The notes under the pieces are model-generated. The model was not told the DNA's origin, made no database searches, and saw only the letters and a list, made by a program, of their open reading frames with translations. Below are positions 39,870-50,049 of a DNA stretch of 64,000 bases, one piece after another. Position 1 is the first letter of the stretch; each line of letters opens with the position of its first letter. This DNA comes from Candidatus Latescibacterota bacterium. Its GTDB lineage: Bacteria; Latescibacterota; UBA2968. The DNA lies in NCBI GenBank assembly GCA_965116885.1, contig OZ220741.1:4544001-4608000 (forward strand), given 5' to 3'. Made by a program: the position numbers and the translations under genes.

Positions 39870-41652
39870 CCTTATCTTTGCCAATCTCCATATTCCGAAA
39901 TTGCAAATCGCACAACTCGCGATAAAGCCCATCCCTATCAAACAACGCCTCATGCGTTCCACGCTGCGCGATCTCGCCCTGATCCAATACCAGAATACAA
40001 TCCGCATGTTGTACTGTTGACAACCGATGCGCAATAATAAACGTCGTGCGTCCTGCCATCAACCGTTCCAAAGCCTGCTGCACCTGCGCCTCTGAAGCCG
40101 AATCCAGCGATGAAGTCGCTTCATCCAGCAACAAAATGCGCGCGTCTCTCAACAGAGCACGCGCAATCGCAACCCGCTGCCGCTGTCCCCCACTCAATTT
40201 CACGCCCTTTTCCCCAACCAGCGCGCCGTACCCCTCCGGCAATTCCACTATAAAATCGTGGGCATTCGCATCTCGGGCTGCCTGCTCAACCTCATCATCC
40301 GTCGCATCCAATCGCCCGTATCGGATGTTTTCACCAATGGAAGTACCGAACAAATCCACATCCTGTGATACCAGCGCGATCTGTTCGCGCAGCGATACAA
40401 TCTGCACATCGCGCACATCCACGCCATCCACGCGCACAACCCCAGAGGTCGCATCGTAAAATCTCGGAATCAGATTCATCAGCGTCGTCTTGCCCGCGCC
40501 ACTCGCCCCCACAAGTGCTATGGTTTGCCCAGGCAGGGTCTCAAATGAAACCCCCTTGATTACCGGGCGGTCGGGCTGGTATCCAAACCAAACATCTTCA
40601 AACGCCACTGCACCGCGAACATCTGCAAGTGGAAACGCACCCTCGCCATCGGCAATCTCTGGTCGCGACTCGAGCAATTCAAAAATGTGTTCTGACGCGC
40701 CCACAGCAGAATTTAAGGACGCATAAAGACGCGTAATCCCCATCACAGATCGGGCAATATTCATCGCGTAAAAAATAAACGCCACCAGATCACCCGCCGA
40801 CAAGCGCCCGGCCAGCACCTCTGTGCCCCCATACCAGAAAATCACTACCAGCGCCAGCATAAAAAGAAATGCGATACAAGCTGAAAAAACCGCTTCCATA
40901 ATCACGCGATAGCGCGACGTGCGAAACAAATCTTCGTTTGCCTCGCCATATCGATTCACCTCAAAAACTTCGCGTGCAAACGCCTTGACAACCCGTATAG
41001 CCGACAGGGCTTCTTCGGCAATCGCAGTCGTATCGCCCAAACGATCCTGCACCGTGCGAGACAACTCGCGGATGCGCTGCCCAAAATAGCGCGCCCCAAC
41101 AGCAGCAACCGGCGCAGCGGCAAACACCACCAGGCTCAATCGCCAATTGAGAACAACCATAGCCGCTACAGAACCAATAGTCATAATCCCCGTCATCAAA
41201 ACCTGCGAAATAGCACCCGTCGCGGCATTTCTGATGGCCCCCACATCATTGGTCAGACGCGACATGAGTTCGCCCAACCTGTGATCGGCATAAAAGCGAA
41301 GCCCCAAAAGGTGCAAATGCGCGTAAACCTTCTTTCGCAGATCCGTCACCACGCGCTCACCCACCCAGGAAATCCAGTAATGGCTACCCACATGCAAAAG
41401 CGACTGCAGCACAAACAGCACCAGCATGCCAAGCGCCAGCAAATCCAACTGGTGTCTATCCCCCTGCTCAAACACGGAATCCAACAGCGACCGCAAGCCC
41501 AGCGGAATCATCAGCCACACACCTGAGGAAAACGCGGTAAATACCAGCCCCAGGACGAGCCGCAACAAGTATGGCCGGGCAAAAGCAAAAATGCGCTTCC
41601 ACGCCAGCCACAATGCCACAGGAGAATATGTCTGGTCGTTTTTTTCAGTCAT
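39862..41652 (-). CDS. ABC exporter, fused permease/ATPase (MsbA-like)
   Basis: Six-TM domain, GASGAGKT, LSGGQRQR, LLLDEATS, IAHRLST. Confidence 0.93.
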   Translation of the reverse strand: MTEKNDQTYSPVALWLAWKRIFAFARPYLLRLVLGLVFTAFSSGVWLMIPLGLRSLLDSVFEQGDRHQLDLLALGMLVLFVLQSLLHVGSHYWISWVGERVVTDLRKKVYAHLHLLGLRFYADHRLGELMSRLTNDVGAIRNAATGAISQVLMTGIMTIGSVAAMVVLNWRLSLVVFAAAPVAAVGARYFGQRIRELSRTVQDRLGDTTAIAEEALSAIRVVKAFAREVFEVNRYGEANEDLFRTSRYRVIMEAVFSACIAFLFMLALVVIFWYGGTEVLAGRLSAGDLVAFIFYAMNIARSVMGITRLYASLNSAVGASEHIFELLESRPEIADGEGAFPLADVRGAVAFEDVWFGYQPDRPVIKGVSFETLPGQTIALVGASGAGKTTLMNLIPRFYDATSGVVRVDGVDVRDVQIVSLREQIALVSQDVDLFGTSIGENIRYGRLDATDDEVEQAARDANAHDFIVELPEGYGALVGEKGVKLSGGQRQRVAIARALLRDARILLLDEATSSLDSASEAQVQQALERLMAGRTTFIIAHRLSTVQHADCILVLDQGEIAQRGTHEALFDRDGLYRELCDLQFRNMEIGKDKAI

Positions 41653-43348
41653 TTATTTTTTGCCTCAAAACAGCGGTCTCCTCAACATCCACCTCGAGAT
41701 CAGCCGTAATCACCAAACCGTAAGCGTCTCGCGCGGCATCGACCGACAATCGCTCCTGTTTAACATCCTCCAGCACCCTTTTGGGATCGCGTTCAAAAGG
41801 CGAACCATAACCCCCACCCCCCGGAATACGCAACGTCACCGACTGCCCGGGTTGGAGATCATAGCGACCCTTTGGCGGCAAAACAGTGCCATCCGACAAA
41901 AAAAGTTCGCCGCGCCTGCCATCGCGCCCCCCCAAAAAACCGCGCGGTGCATAGCGCGTGCGATCGTACATACACGAATGCAGCGCGGGATGATCGGAGT
42001 CAACAGACAAAACCATCTCCTGCCCCAGCCCCCCTCGAAAAGTACCCGCACCGCCAGAATCGGGAATCAACGCGCGCCTGTGCATAATCACTGGCGACAC
42101 GGACTCAATCGCTTCGGCAGGCACGCCCTTAATCCCACTGGGAAACGCCGTCGCCGAAATCCCATCATCGCCGGGACGCGCACCCATACCCCCTGCGGAA
42201 AAAAAGATATACGCAAAACGCTCACCCGTGCGACCTATCCCCTCCAACTGCGTATTCCAAAGCCCAGCCGACCCATCGGCAATCACGCGATCGGGAATCG
42301 CCTGAGAAAGCGCCCCAAACAGCGGTTGCGAAAGAAAATGCCCAACCAGATGCCGCGCACCCACAGCACATGGAAATTGCGCGTTTAAGATACATCCCTC
42401 GGGTGCCGTAACTGTTATGGGGCGAAAGCTGCCTTCATTATTGGGAATATGCGGACTAATGGCGCATTTCAAGGGATACGTCGTATAGGCATGCGTATAA
42501 TTGTACACCACATTGATCCCGCGATCCACCTGTGGCGACGTGCCTGTATAATCAACGATCAAACTGCGATCTTTGACAATAACTTTTGCGCGAATAACCA
42601 GCGGCCTATCGTACCCATCGAGTTTCACCTCATCCTCATAAACGCCATTTACAATCTCTGAAATCGCCTCTCGAGTTGCCGCTTCTGACCGATCTAAAAT
42701 CAGCGTCGATAACCCTTCCAGATCCGCGAGATCGTAATGTTCCAGCGCCTGAAGCAACTTGACAGCCCCCACATCATTCCCGGCCTGTTGCGCGTACAAA
42801 TCGCCGACGACCTGATCTGGCTCGCGCACATTTGATCGCACAATTGCGATCAAATCGCGATTGATCTCCCCTTCATCAAACAATTTCATAATCGGGATAT
42901 TCAGGCCCTCTTCATACACCTGACGCGCACCGGCACCCAGCGTGCGACCGCCAATATCCATGGCATGGCAGGTATTGGCAAACCACCCCACGCCCCTACC
43001 TCGATAAAAAACCGGCGTGACAACCGTAATATCGTGCAAATGCCCCGACCCCAGCCACGGATCATTGGTGAGCAAACTATCGCCGGGTTTCAACGTGTCA
43101 ATCGGGTACGCTTTCACAAAATGCCGCACGCAATTCGCCATTGTATTGATATGCCCCGGCGTCCCCGTCACTGCCTGCGCCAGCATATTGCCCCCGCGGT
43201 CAAATACCCCTGCAGACAAATCACCGGCCTCGCGCACCACCGTTGTAAAAGAAGCGTGCATCAATGCCGCCGCTTGCTCATTCACAATAGAAATAAGGCG
43301 ATTCCAAAGCACTTCTAACTCAACTGCATCAATTGTGCGATCCTTCAT
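41645..43348 (-). CDS. hyuB: Hydantoinase B / 5-oxoprolinase subunit
   Basis: NDPW.GSGHLHD, DIGG, EEGL, PDSGGAG.FRGG, PGGGGYG. Confidence 0.92.
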   Translation of the reverse strand: MKDRTIDAVELEVLWNRLISIVNEQAAALMHASFTTVVREAGDLSAGVFDRGGNMLAQAVTGTPGHINTMANCVRHFVKAYPIDTLKPGDSLLTNDPWLGSGHLHDITVVTPVFYRGRGVGWFANTCHAMDIGGRTLGAGARQVYEEGLNIPIMKLFDEGEINRDLIAIVRSNVREPDQVVGDLYAQQAGNDVGAVKLLQALEHYDLADLEGLSTLILDRSEAATREAISEIVNGVYEDEVKLDGYDRPLVIRAKVIVKDRSLIVDYTGTSPQVDRGINVVYNYTHAYTTYPLKCAISPHIPNNEGSFRPITVTAPEGCILNAQFPCAVGARHLVGHFLSQPLFGALSQAIPDRVIADGSAGLWNTQLEGIGRTGERFAYIFFSAGGMGARPGDDGISATAFPSGIKGVPAEAIESVSPVIMHRRALIPDSGGAGTFRGGLGQEMVLSVDSDHPALHSCMYDRTRYAPRGFLGGRDGRRGELFLSDGTVLPPKGRYDLQPGQSVTLRIPGGGGYGSPFERDPKRVLEDVKQERLSVDAARDAYGLVITADLEVDVEETAVLRQKIND

Positions 43349-45423
43349 ACATCCTCCCTGATGAGAATCAGATTGCCCGTATCATCCACCTGCAAAACCC
43401 ATCCGGGCGGCAATACCGTAGTGGATTCAACTTCCTCGACAATAGCAGGACCTTTCAAAACAGCTCCTCTTCCGAGTTTGTCTCGCCTATAAACCGCAGT
43501 CCCGTATTTTCCTTCCGAAAAAAGAACATCGCGCTGTCCCTCAGCCCCCTGACTGCCTACGTCCCCAACAGACGCACTATCGCAAATTTCCGGCACTGGC
43601 CCCGAAACCGTCACGCGCCAGTGGATCGCCTCAACGGGAACGTCCTCACACAGACGCCCGTATAATTTTTTATAAGACGCATCAAAAGCCGCTTGAAGCG
43701 CGCCATCGAAACTTTCAGTGAATTCTCCCAAAGGCACGGGAACGCTTATCTCGTGCCCCTGCCCCACATATCGCATGTCAGCCGTGCGTACCACGCGGAT
43801 CTCAGAATCATCAATCCCCGCCTCTCGCACGAGTGCACGGCCTTCATCTTCCATCTCCCCATAGAGCTTATTGACAACCTCGCGATCCAACGCGGCGATC
43901 CGCGACACAAAACTCCGCACATAATCAAAAGCAATGGGCGCGAGCATCAAACCAAAAGCCGATCCAACCCCTGCAGCCGGCGGAACAATCACCCGATCAA
44001 TCCCCAACTGCATCGCAACCCCGCATGCGTGTACGGGACCAGCCCCACCCGTCGCAACCAGCGCGTATCCATTCAAATCAATCCCGCGCTCGGCAGCGTG
44101 AACCCGCGCGGCATTGGCCATATTTTCATTCACCAAATCGTGAATACCCTGTGCGGCGCGCATGCGATCCAGCCCGATAAATCGCGCAAATTCATCAACT
44201 GCATCCGCAGCGCGTTCCACACTTAGCTCCATTTGTCCGCCCAAAAAATACCCGGCATTTAAATAGCCCAACAAAAGATCTGCATCCGTCACCGTGGGTA
44301 GCCGTCCCCCGCGCGCATAACAAGCAGGACCGGGATCTGCGCCCGCACTTTGCGGCCCAACCGTGGGCAAACCCAATTCACTCGCATGCGCAATACTACC
44401 CCCACCAGCTCCTATTTCGATCATATCGAGCACGGGCACGAGCAGGGGCAACCCACTGCCGCGCTTGAATCGATAAACCCGTGCGACCTCTGATTCAGTC
44501 GTAATGGGAAACGCCCCATCTTCGCTCAAAATGGCCTTTGCCGTCGTACCCCCCATATCAAACGCGAGAATCTGCCCATACCCCGACCGATTGCCATAAT
44601 GCGCCGCGGCAAGCGCGCCACCGCATGGACCGGATTCTACGAGACGCACGGGAAACCGCACCGCGGTCTGCACAGAACACGATCCGCCGTTTGACAGCAT
44701 AATATGCAGCGGTGCCAAAATCCCCAGTGTCTTCAACCCATCTTCTAAACGCGCGAGATATCTTGCCACCATAGGCTGCACATAAGCATTTGCCACAGTC
44801 GTGGAAGTGCGCTCAAATTCTCGAAGTTCGGCAGCAACCCTGTGAGAAACCGAAATAGCGACATCGGGCATAAGAGAACGCACAATTTCCTCTGCACGAC
44901 GCTCGTGATCGGGATTGACATAAGCGTGCAAAAATACAATGGCGACCGCACCCACCCCGGCTTCTCGCAGCACCTCGCAGGCTTTGGCCACATCACCTTC
45001 ATTTAATGGCGTCATCACCTCGCCACGCGCATACAGCCGCTCCCGCACCTCAACGCGCAACCGCCTTTCAACGAGCGGTTCGGGCAATTTCAAAAACAAA
45101 TCGTAGATATCGTAACGCCCCTCCCGTCCAATTTCCAGCGCGTCTCGAAAACCCGCTGTCGCAATCAGCCCGGTCTTAGCCCCCCGGCGCTCAATCAGCG
45201 CGTTTGTCACCAGCGTCGTGCCGTGAACCGCCCGGGAAACCGCGCCGGGCGACACCCCATCGAGCACCTCTTTCACACCTTTCAGTACACTGACCGAAGG
45301 GTCTGGAGACTGCGTCAACACCTTCGCCACAGACAAAACACCCGAAGCGTGTTCTCTCAACACAACATCTGTAAACGTGCCCCCAATATCTATTGCAAGC
45401 GTGTATGCCTCCTCACTCACCAC
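43345..45423 (-). CDS. hyuA: Hydantoinase A / 5-oxoprolinase subunit
   Basis: DIGGTFTD, HGTTLVTN, ESGP, DMGGTT, IGAGGGSIA, GPQSAGADPGPACY. Confidence 0.93.
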   Translation of the reverse strand: MVSEEAYTLAIDIGGTFTDVVLREHASGVLSVAKVLTQSPDPSVSVLKGVKEVLDGVSPGAVSRAVHGTTLVTNALIERRGAKTGLIATAGFRDALEIGREGRYDIYDLFLKLPEPLVERRLRVEVRERLYARGEVMTPLNEGDVAKACEVLREAGVGAVAIVFLHAYVNPDHERRAEEIVRSLMPDVAISVSHRVAAELREFERTSTTVANAYVQPMVARYLARLEDGLKTLGILAPLHIMLSNGGSCSVQTAVRFPVRLVESGPCGGALAAAHYGNRSGYGQILAFDMGGTTAKAILSEDGAFPITTESEVARVYRFKRGSGLPLLVPVLDMIEIGAGGGSIAHASELGLPTVGPQSAGADPGPACYARGGRLPTVTDADLLLGYLNAGYFLGGQMELSVERAADAVDEFARFIGLDRMRAAQGIHDLVNENMANAARVHAAERGIDLNGYALVATGGAGPVHACGVAMQLGIDRVIVPPAAGVGSAFGLMLAPIAFDYVRSFVSRIAALDREVVNKLYGEMEDEGRALVREAGIDDSEIRVVRTADMRYVGQGHEISVPVPLGEFTESFDGALQAAFDASYKKLYGRLCEDVPVEAIHWRVTVSGPVPEICDSASVGDVGSQGAEGQRDVLFSEGKYGTAVYRRDKLGRGAVLKGPAIVEEVESTTVLPPGWVLQVDDTGNLILIREDV

Positions 45424-45462
45424 TATACTCCTTTGCTTTTATTTTAATTCCTAAAATTGACC

Positions 45463-45491
45463 TTGACAAGCCATGATCCTTTTTGTAATTT
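45463..45491 (+). promoter_or_regulatory. Putative sigma70 promoter of tRNA-Gly
   Basis: TTGACA-N17-TAATTT. Confidence 0.55.
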
Positions 45492-45508
45492 TTGAGTCCT
45501 CATAATGA

Positions 45509-45585
45509 GCGGGAATAGCTCAGCTGGCTAGAGCATCTGCTTGCCATGCAGAAGGTCGCGGGTTCGAATCCCGTTTCCCGCTCCA
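45509..45585 (+). tRNA. tRNA-Gly (GCC)
   Basis: Acceptor stem GCGGGAA/TTCCCGC, anticodon arm TCTGC-TTGCCAT-GCAGA, GGTTCGAATCC T-arm, encoded CCA end. Confidence 0.97.
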
Positions 45586-45592
45586 TTAATCC

Positions 45593-45619
45593 AACCCGTT
45601 AAATTAACGGGTTTTTTTT
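45593..45619 (+). terminator. Intrinsic terminator after the tRNA
   Basis: aacccgtt-aaatt-aacgggtt followed by a T-run. Confidence 0.85.
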
Positions 45620-45633
45620 GTGGAGCAAACCGC

Positions 45634-46773
45634 TTGTCATCAGCTCTTATCCGAGAAATAGCCGACCTTCGCCTGCCCGCGCTTGCCCTTTGGGCACCTG
45701 GTCCACACATGCTCACCCCTGCAGTTCGCCACGTCTTGCAAACATATCAGGCAACCTATTCCCACCGATCTGCCGAATTTAAAGCCTGCTATCAAAAAAC
45801 CGTGGATTTGCTGCGCGAGGTCTTTCAAATTCCACGTGGTTTTACCCCACTCATTTTCGGTCACACCGGCAGTTACAACTGGGAAATGGTCGTCACCAAT
45901 ACGCCCTGCAATGGTGCAACATTGGGCATGGACATCGGTGCTTTTTCCAAAAAATGGGCACAGGTCTTCACAAGTCACGGACGCAACATCGACATCTTAA
46001 AAGCCGACTGGGGCGACGGCATCTGCGCTCGAACCTGGTCTAATGCCATTGCCAAAAACTACGACCTCGCCCTCTTGACCCACAACGAAACATCTACCGG
46101 TGTTATGCTGCCCGTACAAGAAATGTGTGACACCGTCCGCAACACATCTCCCAAAACCCTGATTGCTATCGACGCAGTCAGCATAGCAGGGGCATCAGAT
46201 ACACCGATTGAAACCCTGCGCCCAGACTACTATCTCTGGAGCTTGCAAAAAGACTTCGCGTGCCCCACCATCGGCTCTGTTATGATTGTATCAGACCGCG
46301 CGTTTGACATCGCAGCCGCTGTGCCAAATCGCGGTTATGTCCTCGACTTGATCGAATGGCGAACGCGCGCAGAAACAGCCCAAACCCCCATGACCGTAGC
46401 CGACCTGACCTTGCAATGCCTGAATGCGCGTCTCGAAGAAATGAAACGAGAAGGCGACCACCGCTTCAAACGCCACCAGAGCCTCGCCCACATGCAACGC
46501 GAATGGGCGAGAGAACACAGTCTGAGCCTCATAGCCAAACCGGGATACGAGAGCCTGACCGTAAATGCCATCCTCTTGCCAGACCACATTTCGGGTTCTG
46601 ATTTCGTCGATCGCGCAAAAAAATTGCTCAATGTTCAACTCGCCCCGGGCTATGGCGATACCAGAGACAAAGCCTTTCGCATTGCAGCTATGGGCCACAC
46701 ATCAGAATGCGATATGCGACGCGTTCTCAAGGGCCTCTCGCTCATCCTCAACAACTGGTCAAAACTCGAGTAA
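45634..46773 (+). CDS. Class V aminotransferase (serine/alanine-glyoxylate aminotransferase-like)
   Basis: TTG after GGAG; PGP, SHRS, HNETSTGV, DAVS, SLQK, FRIAAMG. Confidence 0.88.
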   Translation: MSSALIREIADLRLPALALWAPGPHMLTPAVRHVLQTYQATYSHRSAEFKACYQKTVDLLREVFQIPRGFTPLIFGHTGSYNWEMVVTNTPCNGATLGMDIGAFSKKWAQVFTSHGRNIDILKADWGDGICARTWSNAIAKNYDLALLTHNETSTGVMLPVQEMCDTVRNTSPKTLIAIDAVSIAGASDTPIETLRPDYYLWSLQKDFACPTIGSVMIVSDRAFDIAAAVPNRGYVLDLIEWRTRAETAQTPMTVADLTLQCLNARLEEMKREGDHRFKRHQSLAHMQREWAREHSLSLIAKPGYESLTVNAILLPDHISGSDFVDRAKKLLNVQLAPGYGDTRDKAFRIAAMGHTSECDMRRVLKGLSLILNNWSKLE

Positions 46774-46777
46774 CCCC

Positions 46778-47602
46778 ATGTCAAACCCCACCTCAATGAT
46801 CTGCCCAGGCTGTGGCACCCTCATCAATACCGATGAGAAACGATGCCCCCATTGCGGCGCTTATAATCCCAATCTCTGGGGTCTCGGTCCCGCACTGAAC
46901 CGACTTTTTGGTGGTCGCATCGATGTCCTCACCCTGATACCCACCGCGTGTATTGCCCTTTACGCAGTCAGTTTATTGCTCGACCTCGGCGCCGCGCTGT
47001 CTATGGGCGGTGGGCTTTTTGGCATGCTAAGCCCCGGCAATATCCCGCTGATCGTTCTCGGAATGACCCACGGCGAAGCCCCCTGGTGGACCGTGCTCAC
47101 CGCGACATATCTTCACGGTAGCCTCCTCCACATCCTGTTCAACGTCCTGTGGATTCGGCAACTCGGTCCCGAGGTCGGGCATTTCTTTGGCCCCGCACGT
47201 TATTTTATTATCTACACAGTCGCAGGGGCTATCGGTTTTATCCTCTCCAATCTGATCTCAGGATACCCAACCGTAGGCGCTTCAGGGGCTATTTTTGGAC
47301 TTTTTGCCGCCATCATTGTATATGGCCGCAACCACAAAACGCAGATGATGTCACTCATGACGCGGCAGATGTGGCAATGGGCCATCCTGCTATTTGTCAT
47401 GGGCTTTCTCATGAGCGGTGTCAACAACTGGGCGCATCTGGGCGGTTTTATCGGCGGCTGGCTCGCAGCACAAATCCTCGTTTCAAGTGCAGAATACCGC
47501 GAAGGGCGCATCACCATTCTCATAGCCCTGATCTGTCTCCTCCTCACCGTCCTCGGCTTTGTCCTCTCAATCTTAGAATACTTTCCGCTCCTCCTGTCCT
47601 GA
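46778..47602 (+). CDS. Rhomboid intramembrane serine protease with N-terminal zinc ribbon
   Basis: CPGC...CPHC; HGSLLHILFN, GASG, AHLGG. Confidence 0.92.
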   Translation: MSNPTSMICPGCGTLINTDEKRCPHCGAYNPNLWGLGPALNRLFGGRIDVLTLIPTACIALYAVSLLLDLGAALSMGGGLFGMLSPGNIPLIVLGMTHGEAPWWTVLTATYLHGSLLHILFNVLWIRQLGPEVGHFFGPARYFIIYTVAGAIGFILSNLISGYPTVGASGAIFGLFAAIIVYGRNHKTQMMSLMTRQMWQWAILLFVMGFLMSGVNNWAHLGGFIGGWLAAQILVSSAEYREGRITILIALICLLLTVLGFVLSILEYFPLLLS

Positions 47603-47609
47603 TGCAGGT

Positions 47610-49217
47610 CTATCCCCCCAATCGTACATCCACAGGCTCAGGCAACCAGGAAGCGGTAATGCCCAGATCACTGTGAATAACCTGGGCTGCATTATACCCC
47701 GGCAAACCGGTCACATTGCCGCCGGGATGACAGCACGACCCGCAAAGATACAGCCCTTCAAAACATCCCCTATAATGCCCGGCACCGGGGAAAGGACGGT
47801 TATAACCCGTCTGCCCATTTGTAAACGCACCAACGAGCAAATCCCCATCCCGCATATTGGGCAATGCGCGTTCCACATCCAATGGACTGCGAACAAAAGA
47901 ATCGATCACGCAATCCCTCAAATTCGGCGCGTATTCAGACCACATATCCAGCATATCGCGACCAATCGCATCCCGCTGGCGATCCCAGTTTGCAGAATCG
48001 CCATACAGGTGAAACGGCAACTTCTGCCACATAAACGCCGTGTGTTTGCCCAAAGGAGCCTGTGTAGTGTCAAAATGCGTTGGACATGCGCCCCACATCA
48101 CAGTCGGCGGAATCGTCCCCTTTTCGTGGTGTGCAACAATATCCACATATTGATCCGCGTGTTCCAGCCCCAGAATAACCATCAGTGCATTCGCCACTTC
48201 CGGATGTTTTTCCAAAGCGCGATAACGCGGCGGTTCATCCAAATTCAAATGGAGTGCGAACAGCGGAGCCAGCACATTGTACTGAAATCTATCGACCCGG
48301 TTTTTCCAGGCATCGGGCAAAATCTCGTGGTCAATCAAATCGAGAAACGTCTGATGGGGATTCAAGCTGGACACGACCACAGGCGCTTTGATATACTTGC
48401 CATCCGCCGTTTCAACACCTCTAACGCGATTATCCTCCACCACAATGCGCTCGGGATCGGTTTGCAACCATATCTCCCCACCCATCTCAGAAATAGCGGC
48501 AACCAGCGCGCGCGCCAGTCCCGCTGCCCCACCCACGCACATCTGCGCTTTCCCCTTGCTCGCCAGCAACGCCGGTATATGGTGTCCAAACCCCGATGCG
48601 CGCAAATCCACTTCGCGCAGCCCATTAAAAAACAACAACCCGGCTCGAATGACCGGATGTTCAAATTCCCGATGTACAAACTCGTGCGGGGAAAGCGCAC
48701 TGACTTCGAGCAACATCTTCCCCTCTCGGGTCTGCGACAGAATCTCTTGCCTCAGCTCTTGCGGCAAAGGCGGCGCCTGTGCCTCTACAGACAAAATATT
48801 TCTCACAACGGGATCAAACGCATCGCGCCATCGCCGAAGTGTCTGTGCATCCCGCTTGCTAAACCGCGCAAAACTATCTTCCGTGCGTTCAAAATCCGTG
48901 TACCATTTCAGCACCTCGCCATCTCGCAGCACAAGAGCCACATTCAGTTCGGGTTCAATATAGCGCGCGCCATACTGTTTTAGGTGCAAATCGCCAAACC
49001 ACGGCATTTGCGTGATGGCGCGATGAAAAAAAGAATGCGTATTGTGCAAAAAACCCGGATAACGGGGGTCTTCAACAGTCGCCAGCCCGCCTCCGGGTTT
49101 ATCCGATCGCTCCAGGCAAATCACATTGAGTCCTGCGCGACACAAATATGCCTGCAAAATGAGGCCATTGTGCCCAGCGCCCAGCACAATCGCATCAGTC
49201 GTTATATCCTCTCCCAT
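47610..49217 (-). CDS. FAD-dependent oxidoreductase, phytoene-dehydrogenase-like (COG1233)
   Basis: GAGHNGL, D..QAP.GKH, LYLCGS..HPGG.VTG.PGYNAA. Confidence 0.88.
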   Translation of the reverse strand: MGEDITTDAIVLGAGHNGLILQAYLCRAGLNVICLERSDKPGGGLATVEDPRYPGFLHNTHSFFHRAITQMPWFGDLHLKQYGARYIEPELNVALVLRDGEVLKWYTDFERTEDSFARFSKRDAQTLRRWRDAFDPVVRNILSVEAQAPPLPQELRQEILSQTREGKMLLEVSALSPHEFVHREFEHPVIRAGLLFFNGLREVDLRASGFGHHIPALLASKGKAQMCVGGAAGLARALVAAISEMGGEIWLQTDPERIVVEDNRVRGVETADGKYIKAPVVVSSLNPHQTFLDLIDHEILPDAWKNRVDRFQYNVLAPLFALHLNLDEPPRYRALEKHPEVANALMVILGLEHADQYVDIVAHHEKGTIPPTVMWGACPTHFDTTQAPLGKHTAFMWQKLPFHLYGDSANWDRQRDAIGRDMLDMWSEYAPNLRDCVIDSFVRSPLDVERALPNMRDGDLLVGAFTNGQTGYNRPFPGAGHYRGCFEGLYLCGSCCHPGGNVTGLPGYNAAQVIHSDLGITASWLPEPVDVRLGG

Positions 49218-49220
49218 ATC

Positions 49221-50039
49221 TCACCAATAACGTTCTATATGTATCTGCCCAGGATCTCTCCGCTTGTGCTCCTTAAAACCCTCTGAAACCAGAATTTCTG
49301 TCACATCATCACACATATAGGGATTACCACATACAAACACATGCGTATCTTCCGGCGTTGGATGCCCGCCCCAGACCTCATCGAGCGGACCATCTGTCCA
49401 CAAATTCTGTACATAGCCCGTATATCCGCTCCACGCCACATGCTCATTTGCCGGACGGCTAATCTGGGGGATATAAATAAAATTAGCACATAAATCCTGC
49501 ATCATCTCCAATTCTGACCGATATCCCAAATCCCATGAATGTCGCGCCCCGTGCAACACCACAAAACGCCGCTCTGTGTTTTCCTTCAAATAAGTCCGCA
49601 ACATACTCATATAAGGTGCCAATCCCGTACCCGTCGCCACCATCACGACATTTTTATTTGGCGGAACATCTTGCAGCGTAAACATACCCGTAATTTTTGG
49701 ACCCAACCAGAGGCGATCGCCAATTTCGAGCGCAAAAAGCCTGGGCGTCAACGCCCCCGATCTCACCAGAGTGATATAAAATTCGAGGTACTCTGTTGCC
49801 ACCGAAGAAGATGCAATAGAATACGCCCGCCGGATCAAACCTCTCTGCGGCTTCTCATAATCTTCGACAGGGTCTGAATACTCGGTGCGAGGTGCTTCGG
49901 GAGGCAATCCAATCACGCCAAATTGACCGGCTTCAAAAGCGGGCAATTCCCATCCGTCGGGCACAACGCGAAGAATAATCAAATCGGGGGTCACTTCGAG
50001 GCGCTGTGTCACAACGGCATTGAGTTCATCCTTCGGCAA
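49221..50039 (-). CDS. fpr: Ferredoxin--NADP+ reductase
   Basis: RAYSIAS, GALTPRL, ATGTGLAPY, VCGNP.M, C-terminal ERYW. Confidence 0.92.
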   Translation of the reverse strand: MPKDELNAVVTQRLEVTPDLIILRVVPDGWELPAFEAGQFGVIGLPPEAPRTEYSDPVEDYEKPQRGLIRRAYSIASSSVATEYLEFYITLVRSGALTPRLFALEIGDRLWLGPKITGMFTLQDVPPNKNVVMVATGTGLAPYMSMLRTYLKENTERRFVVLHGARHSWDLGYRSELEMMQDLCANFIYIPQISRPANEHVAWSGYTGYVQNLWTDGPLDEVWGGHPTPEDTHVFVCGNPYMCDDVTEILVSEGFKEHKRRDPGQIHIERYW

Positions 50040-50049
50040 ACTACCCTCC

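Noticed and set aside
45509..45620. tRNA-anchored genomic island or prophage
   Set aside because: No integrase, and I did not see a duplicated tRNA 3' end in the window.
45541..45633. N-terminal extension of the aminotransferase in the ORF track
   Set aside because: Overlaps the tRNA and its terminator; TTG 45634 with a GGAG Shine-Dalgarno is preferred.
47673..48983. 436-aa plus-strand ORF
   Set aside because: Antisense shadow of the FAD oxidoreductase gene.
47610..49217. Carotenoid biosynthesis gene crtI
   Set aside because: No crtB/crtE neighbours; motifs fit the broad COG1233 family.
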